Below, one piece after another: positions 8,512 through 16,665 of a stretch of 28,228 nucleotides of DNA (its first letter is position 1; every line of letters starts with the position of its first letter). Origin of the DNA: Anaerolineae bacterium (GTDB lineage: Bacteria > Chloroflexota > Anaerolineae > S140-20); contig JALUTT010000124.1 of NCBI GenBank assembly GCA_027021705.1, positions 1-28,228 on the forward strand, written 5' to 3'. Below the pieces are notes generated by a model. It did not search any database and had not been told where the DNA came from. It saw only the letters and a list, made by a program, of their open reading frames with translations. A program made the translations under genes and the position numbers.

Positions 8512-9180
8512 ATGCTCATCCCCGGACGGAACGGCAGGAGGTCCCCGGCCTCCACCCAGGAACACGTACCCGTGGCGATGATGCGGGACGGCCTCATCAT
8601 CTCCCGGCCCATTGCCCCGTCCCGAGGGGTTCCGTACCGGATCGTTGCCCGCGTCCTGCGGGTCGGGGTTCAGGAGATCACGCGGATGTCCGAGGACGAC
8701 CGGGCCGATTTTCTGAGGCGGTACGCTGCCGTAGTTTCCCGGTGGCGCTTTCCGTACCAGATCATCGTGACCCGGGAGCGGCAGGATTTGGACGCCTTCT
8801 ACCGACGGCTACGCCGTCGGGCGCGGGAGGCCCGGCGGCGGGAGCGGGAGATCATCGAGGGGCTGAGCGGATGGATGCGTCGGGTGACGGAGCAGGTGAA
8901 TCCGCAGGTTCCCGTCTACTTCATCGTCGTCCCTCACCCGACGACGGCTCTGGAGGGCGAGGGGTACGAGAAGGCGGTCAAGGAGGTAGAGGATCGGGCC
9001 AGGCTGATCGTCAACACCCTGGCTCCGCTGGGGGTGCCGGTCGCCCCGGCGACCGAGGACGAGGTGATACGGATGCTCTACGAGATGTATCACCCACGGC
9101 TGCCCAATCTGAACACCTCGCCCCGCTCCCAAGTCCTCTCACTGATGGCCCGATCGAGGTCGGAGGTGGAACAACGATGA
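8512..9180 (+). CDS. Conserved T4SS protein found between PrgI and VirB4
   Basis: VLRV...MSEDDRADFLRRY...FPYQIIV.R..DL..FY pattern and position. Confidence 0.65.
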   Translation: MLIPGRNGRRSPASTQEHVPVAMMRDGLIISRPIAPSRGVPYRIVARVLRVGVQEITRMSEDDRADFLRRYAAVVSRWRFPYQIIVTRERQDLDAFYRRLRRRAREARRREREIIEGLSGWMRRVTEQVNPQVPVYFIVVPHPTTALEGEGYEKAVKEVEDRARLIVNTLAPLGVPVAPATEDEVIRMLYEMYHPRLPNLNTSPRSQVLSLMARSRSEVEQR

Positions 9181-9410
9181 GCTTCTGGAAAAGGCTGATG
9201 GGAGGCGGCTCCGACGTTGGCCCCGTCCCCCTCCCCCGGGAATGGGCGACGGGAGCCCGGACCTTCGTGGACCGCATCGCCCCGTCCGACCTGGACGCCA
9301 CGGCGCCCGACGTGCTGACGATGCACCAGGAAGGAGCTTACATCCGGCTCTGGTGGATCGAGGACCTGCCGATGGAGATGGTCTTCGAGGGGATAGACCC
9401 CATCCTTGCT
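9177..9410 (+). pseudogene. VirB4-like ATPase N-terminal stub (about 78 aa), truncated
   Basis: ATGA overlap, RBS GGAGG; DRIAPSDL...YIRLWWIEDLP resembles monoderm VirB4 N-termini; similarity ends near 9400-9415 and no Walker motifs follow. Confidence 0.65.
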
Positions 9411-9915
9411 GGCAGGAGGAGCGGCCCGGACCGCCGTCGCCTTCAACCTGCCCGGCTTGGTCATCCTGGCCCTCGCCTTGAAGGACCTCCGCCCCGGCTC
9501 CCGCGCCTTGGAGAACGGGATCCACGGCCTGCTGATCCTGGCCTCGTTGGGGGTCGCTACCCTGACGGGGAGTGAGGCCCCTTTGCTCGTCTCCCTCCTC
9601 TGGCTCCTGGCCTACCGGATGTGGAGGCGTCATTGGATGGGGGGCGGGGACGCCAAGCTCTTAATGGCCCTGGTCGGCCTCTACCCATACCCCTCGACGG
9701 TGGTGGGGATGGCCCTGGGATGGCTGGTCGTGGGGTTGGTCTGGACGGCCCGGCTCTACCGGCGGGCCTTCCTCCCCGCCCTCTTCCACGCGATGGCGGT
9801 GGCCGCCGCACCTCCCCGCATTACCCGGGAGGATTTAGAGCGGCGCGGGGTGCCGATGGCCGGAGGAATTGCCGTCGGATTCGCCGTTTACCTGGCGTCT
9901 CGCCTTCTTCTCTGA
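9406..9915 (+). pseudogene. A24 prepilin peptidase (CpaA/TadV-like), probably 5' truncated
   Basis: MGGGDAKLLMAL catalytic Asp motif and C-terminal GVPMAGGIAVG; no clear start, RBS or canonical first-Asp motif. Confidence 0.7.
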
Positions 9916-9948
9916 TGACCCCGAAAAACGCCGGTAGGGGATTAGGAG

Positions 9949-10227
9949 GTGAAACCGGTTACACCGACAGACCAAGCACGGATCGAGCGGATCCTGACGT
10001 TGCTGGACGGGCTCCGGGAACCCTATCGTTCCAACGCCGCCGCCTGGCTGCGCCGGGCTCTTCGCCTGGACGGACGTCCCCTGAAATCCGCGCTCCGGGA
10101 TCACCTGGGGGCCAAGGGGGAGTGGGAACGACGGCAGGTCCTGGACGCCCTCGAAGCACTGGCAACACGGGCGTGTGAAGTGTTCGGGACGGACGGTGAG
10201 GTATGTTCGGACGTAGACGTGCGGTAA
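9949..10227 (+). CDS. Hypothetical helical protein
   Basis: 92-aa ORF with GC3-biased codons between Tad genes; overlaps next start. Confidence 0.6.
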   Translation: MKPVTPTDQARIERILTLLDGLREPYRSNAAAWLRRALRLDGRPLKSALRDHLGAKGEWERRQVLDALEALATRACEVFGTDGEVCSDVDVR

Positions 10228-11012
10228 CCGTCGTCGTGGCGACAAAACGGGCGGTCGAAGTGGTACGCCACCTCGAATCTCCGTCGGTCCGGGTCCGGGA
10301 AGCGCTCACCACGGAAGGGGTGCTCGGCGCCCTCGGCGAGGCGTGCCTGGTCATCCTGGACGACGACCTGGCGGAGACCGATGCGGTCACCCGACGGGGG
10401 CTGTTGGATGCCCTGGAGAAGGCCGGGGTGCCCGCGATCTCCCCCGGCGACTTCCTGCGAGACCCGGCGGCCCACCTGGCCCGCTTGGAACGGCGGGCGC
10501 GGCGGGGCTTCGCCCCCCTCACCCCGCTGCGGGTCGCTTTCGTCTCCCTGTCGGGAGGAACGGGGTGCACCACCCTGGCCTGGGAACTGGCCCGTTACGC
10601 GGCGGAGGACCGGCGGGCCACCGTCGCCCTGGTGGAACTGACGTGGGGGCGGGGGGCGCTGACGGCCCGGTTGGGTCTGAACGGCGATGCCCCCGACCTC
10701 TACCAGGTGGCCTCGGGGTTGGGCGAACCGGCCCTCCACACCGGCGTTTCCGTCGTCCCCGTCGGCGGGCACGCCGTCCGGTTGCTCCTGGGCAACCCCG
10801 ACCGGGTAAGGGAGACGCTGGAAGCCCTGGCCCGGCGGCACCTCCTGCTGGTGGTGGACGCCCACGCCGGACACCCCCTCTGGCCTCCTGCCCGGGAGAC
10901 GGTAGACCGAATCCTGGTCGTCACCGATCCTCGATCCGACGCCGTGGAGAACGCCCGCCGCCGGAATCCTTTGACCCCCACGGGCTGGACCGCGTGCCCT
11001 GGGAGGGGGTGA
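10203..11012 (+). CDS. CpaE/TadZ-like pilus assembly protein (degenerate MinD/ParA fold), C-terminus likely disrupted
   Basis: Receiver-like N-terminus; VAFVSLSGGTGCTTLA deviant Walker A; LLVVDA; DRILVVTDP; similarity fades after about 10960. Confidence 0.7.
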   Translation: MFGRRRAVTVVVATKRAVEVVRHLESPSVRVREALTTEGVLGALGEACLVILDDDLAETDAVTRRGLLDALEKAGVPAISPGDFLRDPAAHLARLERRARRGFAPLTPLRVAFVSLSGGTGCTTLAWELARYAAEDRRATVALVELTWGRGALTARLGLNGDAPDLYQVASGLGEPALHTGVSVVPVGGHAVRLLLGNPDRVRETLEALARRHLLLVVDAHAGHPLWPPARETVDRILVVTDPRSDAVENARRRNPLTPTGWTACPGRG

Positions 11013-11082
11013 GGGTGGTCGCGGCCGGGATCGTCTGGACGTCCGCATCGCTTCGGATTGGCTCCGTCCGGCCGACAACCCC

Positions 11083-11802
11083 GTGAGCTACGGCGCGGAC
11101 CGCGACCGACGTCCGGGAGAGCCGGAACCCCGCGTCCTAGGTTACTACGGCTACTACGGGACTCCCCATTGTGGGGAGAATCCCCCTGTGTCCGTGCTGG
11201 GGTTCCTGAGCACGGCCAACCACCTTATATCCGTGTCCTGCTGGGAGAATTGGTACGATTTCGACCATAATGACCTGGTCGTGTCGGTTGATTACGTACC
11301 CGGTTCTGTAGCTACCCCGACGCCCACGCCGACGCCGACCGGCACCCCAACGCCCACGTTCACTCCGACGCCGACACCCACGCCGACGAGCACCCCGACG
11401 CCTACACCTACGCCCACACCAACGCCGACGCCCACACCAACCCCTTGGCCTCCAATCCTCTACGTCCGCCATCCGCGCCTGGTCTGGTTTGGGCCGGACC
11501 TGTCACCGCCGCTCCCCGCCCAGGAGCTATACGGATATGCGATGCCGGGAGCGAGGGTGGAGATCCGGGTGTCGTCCCCCTACGATGCCGACGGCATCGG
11601 GTGTGGGACGAGTCGAACATACGAGGTTGTGGCCGACACGACCGGATATTTCCGCTTGGGACTGTTCCGGGCGGGAGATCGCCGTTTCGGTACCACCTGT
11701 CGCGGAACCTGGGGGGCGGTAGCGACGGACACATTCACCGGACTGCCGGGTAATCCGGTCTCCTGGAGGGTGGCCTGGTTCCCCGTGCACCTACAGCGCT
11801 AG
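11083..11802 (+). pseudogene. C-terminal part of a surface protein: DxDxND motif, PT linker, Ig-like domain
   Basis: Frame open from 10975 without good start or signal peptide; WENWYDFDHNDLVVSV; long PT repeat; GYAMPGARVEI...VVADTTGYF. Confidence 0.6.
11314..11445 (+). repeat. Coding Pro-Thr hexamer repeat
   Basis: Imperfect (ACN CCN)n tract encoding TPTPTP. Confidence 0.9.
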
Positions 11803-11813
11803 AGGCGGATGAG

Positions 11814-13208
11814 ATGAACGACGTGGTGCGCATGTTAGCCGAACACCCGTTCATCCCAACGGAACAGATAGCACGCTTGCTGGGGGTGGGAGAGCGCCAC
11901 GTGCGCCGACTCCTGGCTCCTCTAATACGCCGGGGAGTGGTTGCCACGGTCGCCCCCCGTCTGCCCGGTCGCCCCCTGCGTCTCTACTATCCGCGCACCC
12001 CCTCCGATGCAAAAGCGATCGCCCTGCATCCCGACGCCGCCGGGCGCTACCTCTACCGGGCCGGCCTGCTTTACGCCCTCCGAGATTTCTTGGCCGATCT
12101 ACCTTTTGAGTGGGAAGAGATGTATCCTGCCCCCGGGAGGCGAGGGCTGCTCTTCCACGCCCTGGTTCGGGCCAAAACCCCCGTCGTGGTGGAGTGGGAT
12201 ACCGGCCTTCTGCCCCGACCGCTCTTCCGCCACCGCATCCGCCGATTGGTGCAAAGCGCTCCGGCCCTGCTGGTCTTTACCTCCCCTCCTTGGACGGACG
12301 AGACGATGCGGCTCCTTTCTCGTGGTCGCATTCCGACCGCCGTCGCGCCGATCCCGTCTCCCGGTCGCAAGGAGGGCGAGGAGGCGGTGACGGTGTACGC
12401 GATCCCCGGGGGGCGAAAGGATCTCCTGACGTGGCTCCACGAGCTCCCCCATAACGAGGATTACCCTCGACGACGACTCTTCTTCGAGGGAGGATGGAAT
12501 GCCGATGCCCAACGGTTCGTGGCCCTCTCCCCTCGGCAGAAGGAAATCCTGTCTCTGGTTGTGGCCCTTCCCTTCATCTCCCCCGTCCAGGCTGCCGACC
12601 TAACGGGGATGCGGCCGCTGCGGGCTGCCCGCGTCCTACGGACGCTGGGGCGCGAGGGATGGCTGACGGAGGAGCAAGGGCGATACCTCCCTACACGGGC
12701 GGCGCTGGCTCTGATGGCCAAGATGGCCGGAAGCTCCCTGCACGGGTACGCCAAGGCCCGTCGCTATCGCTTGCACAACGGACACGTGGACGTGCCGGTG
12801 CTGAGGGCCACGATGGCTCATACCCTGGAAGGGCGATTCCTGGCGGCCGGACTGGCCCGCGCCCTCGGACCGGGATGGACCTGGTACGACGAGCGGGAGG
12901 CCGTGATCACCTTCCACTACCACGGTTCTTGGCGTCTCTCTCCCGACGCCAGGGTTGCCGGGGAGCGGATGGACCTCTTTCTGGAGGTGGATCGCCGGGG
13001 GCCGTCGGAGAGGGTGCGGCGAAAGCTGATACGCTACGGCTTCTACCGCAAGGCCGGAGGGAGGCCGTTCGTGTTCCTGGTTGTGGCCGAGACCCCCCAC
13101 CGGGTTCGGCGGTGGCTGGACGAGGCCACGCGCACGGTGCCGGGACTGCTGCCACCGCCGTTTTCCTCGGCGTTCCCACCGCCGCCGGCCCCCAGCAAGG
13201 GCCTATGA
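11814..13208 (+). CDS. Replication-relaxation family (MOBC-like) relaxase-like protein with two tandem wHTH + PD-(D/E)xK units; true end probably lost near 13148
   Basis: Unit 1: HPFIPTEQIARLL...VVVEWDTG; unit 2: LPFISPVQAADL...AHTL...LSPDA...LFLEVDR...RKLIRY. Confidence 0.75.
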   Translation: MNDVVRMLAEHPFIPTEQIARLLGVGERHVRRLLAPLIRRGVVATVAPRLPGRPLRLYYPRTPSDAKAIALHPDAAGRYLYRAGLLYALRDFLADLPFEWEEMYPAPGRRGLLFHALVRAKTPVVVEWDTGLLPRPLFRHRIRRLVQSAPALLVFTSPPWTDETMRLLSRGRIPTAVAPIPSPGRKEGEEAVTVYAIPGGRKDLLTWLHELPHNEDYPRRRLFFEGGWNADAQRFVALSPRQKEILSLVVALPFISPVQAADLTGMRPLRAARVLRTLGREGWLTEEQGRYLPTRAALALMAKMAGSSLHGYAKARRYRLHNGHVDVPVLRATMAHTLEGRFLAAGLARALGPGWTWYDEREAVITFHYHGSWRLSPDARVAGERMDLFLEVDRRGPSERVRRKLIRYGFYRKAGGRPFVFLVVAETPHRVRRWLDEATRTVPGLLPPPFSSAFPPPPAPSKGL

Positions 13209-13819
13209 TCTACGAGGTCCTGATGGAAACGGCCTCGCCCGATGAGGTGGTCCGCCGAATCACCCTCCCCTCCACCAAACACACGCCGGAGGGGGCTCTG
13301 GGCGTCCTCCCCGCTCACCTCAACCTGGCGGTTGCCGAGGTAGAATTGGTGGCCCTCTTCGAGCGGGAGCGCCGACTGGCCCGAGCGTTAGCCGCCCTTG
13401 AGTCCGACTACGACTTGATCATCGTTGACTGTCCGCCCAGCCTCAGTCTCCTAACCGTTAACGCCCTGATGGCGGCTACCGACGTCGTCGTCCCGGTGGA
13501 CCCCGGGCTTTTCCCCCTCGTTGGGCTGGGCATCCTCCGCCGGACCGTTGAGATGGTTCGGCGGAGCAATCGGAATCTGCGCCTGACGGGCATCCTGCCC
13601 ACCTTCGCGGACAGGACGGCCCTATTTCGAGACTCCCACGTCCAACTGAAGGCAGAGTTCGGCGACCTCGTGCTTCCCCCCATCCCCCGCAGGGTGGCGC
13701 TGGGGGAGGCCAACGCAGCCGGGCGGGATGTTTTCGCCTATGCTCCCTCCAGCGCCGGAGCACGGGCATATCGTCAGGTGGCCGATGCTTTGCTTCAGGC
13801 CCTATCGGAGCGGCAATGA
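13151..13819 (+). pseudogene. parA: ParA/Soj ATPase lacking the N-terminal Walker A region
   Basis: ATAVFLG...IYEVL...VLPAHLNLA...YDLIIVDCPPSLSLLTVNALMAA...IPRRVALGEA; no KGGVGKT upstream in frame. Confidence 0.85.
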
Positions 13820-14025
13820 AGATCGTCCGGTTGGAGGAACCGCTACCCTGTGGAGTCTATGGATGCAACCGTCCGGCCCGGGTGGTCGTTGCCGACCCGG
13901 ACCCAACGCAACCGGGTCGGTGGACAATGATGCCCGTTTGCCGTGATTGTGCCGTGTCAACGGCGGGTCTGTACGGGCTAAGCTCGGACGGACAACAGGA
14001 GAGGCAGAAGGGGGAGGAAAGATGA
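13816..14025 (+). CDS. Small putative zinc-binding protein
   Basis: CGVYGC...CRDC; ATGA overlaps on both sides. Confidence 0.65.
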   Translation: MKIVRLEEPLPCGVYGCNRPARVVVADPDPTQPGRWTMMPVCRDCAVSTAGLYGLSSDGQQERQKGEER

Positions 14026-14678
14026 ACAGGTCTGCCGCAACGGGATGGACGGTGACGATCTTGGTAATTCTGGCCCTTTTCCTGGGAAGCCGGATCCACT
14101 GGCGCCCCGGGGCCATCGTTGAACGACAGGCCGAGCGGATGGCCATCGAAAACGCGGCGCTCCAGGAGCGATTGGAGCGGGAAATGCCCTGGCGGGTGCG
14201 ATTCCGCGTCGGCCTGATGATGGCCGGGGTGGGCCTTGCCGCCGTTGCCGTCGTGGTAGCGGCCGGGGTGGGGGCCGGCCTGGTCTACTACACCTGGCAA
14301 AAGGCTTGGCAGAGTGCCAACACCGTCCGGCCGGATCGGCGTGGGATGTATCCCCTGCTCCAGGGCAAGGACGGCGGCACGTGGATCATCCATAACCCCA
14401 ATACCAACCTGGCCCCCACGACCGTCTACACATCGGACGAACAGGGGCGGGTGGTCGTCACCCACATCCTCTCCGGCTCCGAGCCGGCGCAACTGGCGAC
14501 CACCGCCCGGGCGCAGGCGGTCCAGGCGCTGACCGCAGCGGACCGCCGCGAGGGCAGCCTGCCCGCCTGGCTGCCCCGGCTCACCGGCAGGATCATCCCC
14601 GCGCCGGACCGCGTTCTGGACCTGGAGGTGGGTCGAGCATCCGGCGAGAAAGCCGAGGGGGTAAGCGACGGAGGATAG
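14022..14678 (+). CDS. Membrane protein, partner of downstream FtsK-like ATPase
   Basis: ATG 14022 after GGGGAGG; two hydrophobic segments; 1 nt from next gene. Confidence 0.7.
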   Translation: MNRSAATGWTVTILVILALFLGSRIHWRPGAIVERQAERMAIENAALQERLEREMPWRVRFRVGLMMAGVGLAAVAVVVAAGVGAGLVYYTWQKAWQSANTVRPDRRGMYPLLQGKDGGTWIIHNPNTNLAPTTVYTSDEQGRVVVTHILSGSEPAQLATTARAQAVQALTAADRREGSLPAWLPRLTGRIIPAPDRVLDLEVGRASGEKAEGVSDGG

Positions 14679-14679
14679 G

Positions 14680-15954
14680 ATGAAGGACGCCCGCGCCTTC
14701 TACGCCCGCACTGCTACGGCCATTGCCGATTACCTGGCCCAGGAACTCAGCATCCGGCCGGGGGCTCACTATTTCCTCCGCAACGCCGTCAACGGCCCTC
14801 GCGTCATTACCCTCTACCTGACCGTCAATCCCCGGTTCGCCTCGAAGATCACCTCCCTGGCCGAGCCCCTCTCGATGGCGGCCGGCCTGGATCGGGATGC
14901 CCACATCCGGGTGTCCAGGGCGAGCGGGGGGGCGCTGGCCCTGGAGATCCCCAAGCCCAGGGCGCTCTGGTATGACATCCCCGCCGCCGCTCTGCCGATG
15001 CGCCGGGGGTTGCGGGCCACCGTGGGGCTCGACACCGAGCACCGGCCCACTTTGCTCGATTACACGGACCCCCTCACCCCCCACACCCTCATCGCGGGGG
15101 CCACCGGCTGTGGGAAGACCAACGCCGAGCGCCTCATCGTCTACAACCTGGCGCTCGCCAATGCGCCCGAAGAGGTAGGATTCCTGCTCATTGACACCCG
15201 CAAGAGGGGGGCAGGATGGAGGCCCTTCAAGGCCCTCCCCCACCTACTCTACCCTATCATCACCGATGATAGGATGGCTCTGCGGGCGCTGGCCTGGGCC
15301 GTGACGGAGGTGGGGCGGCGGGCGGAAGGGGGCTCCTCGACGAAGCCCCAGATCTTCGTGGGGCTCGACGAAGCCCAGACGCTGCTGGAGCGGGAGGAAT
15401 TCGTCCGGTTGATCGGCAATCTGGCGGCCACGGGGAGGGAATTCGGCATCCATCTCATCGTCGCCACCCAGAACCCGACGGCGCGCCAGTTGGGGAGCGC
15501 CGACATCAAACGCAATTTCTCGGCCCGGCTGGTGGGGCGGGTGGACAGCCCCGATGCCAGCCGGGTGGCGGCCGGCGTAGGTGGGGCAGGGGCGGAGCGT
15601 CTGGCCGGCCCGGGCGACTTCCTCCTGGTCCGCCCCGGCGGAATCCTGCGCCTGGCCGTCGCCCTGCTGACGGAGAAGGACCTGGGCCGATTGCCCAGTA
15701 CGAATACGAAGGTGGAGCCCAAGCTCAACCTGGAGGCGTACCGGGACGTAGACCGGGTGCTGGATGCCGTCGCCGGGGTGCGGAGGCAGGCCGACCCGGC
15801 CCCGGACCCGGCCCCGCTGGCCTATGCCCTGGCCTATCCCAAGGCGAGTCAGCGGCAGATGTACGAGCGATTCCGAATCGGATTCCCTCGGATTCGGCAG
15901 ATTCAGGATTCGGCTCTACGGCGGCCAAGACGACGACCTCATTGCGTGGTTTGA
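14680..15954 (+). CDS. FtsK/SpoIIIE-domain ATPase (candidate coupling protein or DNA translocase); C-terminus probably fused at about 15905
   Basis: PHTLIAGATGCGKT Walker A, GLDEAQ Walker B, GREFGIHLIVATQNP, GAERLAGPGDFL. Confidence 0.9.
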   Translation: MKDARAFYARTATAIADYLAQELSIRPGAHYFLRNAVNGPRVITLYLTVNPRFASKITSLAEPLSMAAGLDRDAHIRVSRASGGALALEIPKPRALWYDIPAAALPMRRGLRATVGLDTEHRPTLLDYTDPLTPHTLIAGATGCGKTNAERLIVYNLALANAPEEVGFLLIDTRKRGAGWRPFKALPHLLYPIITDDRMALRALAWAVTEVGRRAEGGSSTKPQIFVGLDEAQTLLEREEFVRLIGNLAATGREFGIHLIVATQNPTARQLGSADIKRNFSARLVGRVDSPDASRVAAGVGGAGAERLAGPGDFLLVRPGGILRLAVALLTEKDLGRLPSTNTKVEPKLNLEAYRDVDRVLDAVAGVRRQADPAPDPAPLAYALAYPKASQRQMYERFRIGFPRIRQIQDSALRRPRRRPHCVV

Positions 15955-16240
15955 GACCCTGAATGACCTGCACTTCGGGGGGAAATCCCACGCCGTCAAG
16001 ACGGCACTGCGACGCGGGCTGGGCCTGGCCGAAGGGGGAAACGGGAACGGCAACGGTAACGGAGGAAAGCCCGACCTGGACCTGGCCGAGATTCGGGCGG
16101 TGGTGGAGGCTGCCGTAGCTACGGCTGTGGCCTCTCTCGGCGGAGAGATCCAGGGGGGAGCGTCCGGTAGCGCAGGTCAACGGGAGGAAGAAGAAATCGA
16201 GGCAGCCCTGGACCGGCTAGGGGCTGCGGTGATGATGTGA
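15902..16240 (+). pseudogene. Small RHH/ParR-like DNA-binding protein lacking a start
   Basis: FRIRLYGGQDDDLIAWFETL...KSHAVKTALRRG...EIRAVVEAAV; begins inside the FtsK 3' end with no RBS or start. Confidence 0.5.
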
Positions 16241-16264
16241 CGTGGATGCCTCAACCCGATACAT
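16217..16264 (-). pseudogene. RelE/ParE toxin remnant (MYRVEAS...)
   Basis: ATG overlapping the antitoxin 3' end reads MYRVEASTSHHHRSP*; MYRVE is a typical RelE start; runs head-on into the + strand gene ending at 16240. Confidence 0.5.
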
Positions 16265-16442
16265 CGGCCCGGTCCTCGGCCTCCAATTCGGCGACGATCT
16301 CGTCAAAGGGGCGGCCCTCGCCGGCCCGGTACTCGGCCTCGGCCTCGCGCATCGCGAGCAGGTCCTCCAGGTCCTCTACCCGGTCCAAGAGGGCACGGTA
16401 GACGTGGTAGGGGAGCAGGACGACGCGAACACCCTCGGACAT
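16251..16442 (-). CDS. Type II antitoxin-like protein, 63 aa, orphan
   Basis: VVLLPYHVYRALLDRVEDLEDLLAMREA...GEGRPFDEIVAEL, similar to the C-terminal half of 20681-20953; RBS GGGAGAGAGG. Confidence 0.75.
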   Translation of the reverse strand: MSEGVRVVLLPYHVYRALLDRVEDLEDLLAMREAEAEYRAGEGRPFDEIVAELEAEDRADVSG

Positions 16443-16479
16443 TGGACCTCTCTCCCGGTTCGTGCGGTAGGTTGAAGGA

Positions 16480-16490
16480 ATTATAACACA
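16480..16490 (-). promoter_or_regulatory. Extended -10 promoter for the orphan antitoxin
   Basis: Minus strand TGTGT-TATAAT about 40 nt upstream of the ATG. Confidence 0.65.
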
Positions 16491-16511
16491 GTTGGAAGGG
16501 AAGGGCGAACG

Positions 16512-16641
16512 ATGACTAACGACCGCCGGCCCTCGTTCAAAAGCTACATCCCTCAAGACGGCCCGCAAGGCCGTGAAGACCAAGGCGAAGAAGAGGGCAA
16601 CCCGTCGCCGGATCATCATCACCATCGCCAGGTGGCCGTAA
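16512..16641 (+). pseudogene. Frameshifted or fragmentary small basic protein
   Basis: ATG 16512 gives MTNDRRPSFK; the GC3-rich frame ATSLKTARKAVKTKAKKRATRRRIIITIARWP* is shifted by +1 at AAAA 16539-16542. Confidence 0.35.
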
Positions 16642-16665
16642 GAAGGCATTTCGGAGGTGAAGGGA

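Noticed and set aside
12494..13150. N-terminal half of the 441-aa ORF as a real ParA extension
   Set aside because: It is an alternate frame of the relaxase-like gene with Gly/Arg/Pro-rich nonsense; ParA similarity starts only at about 13151
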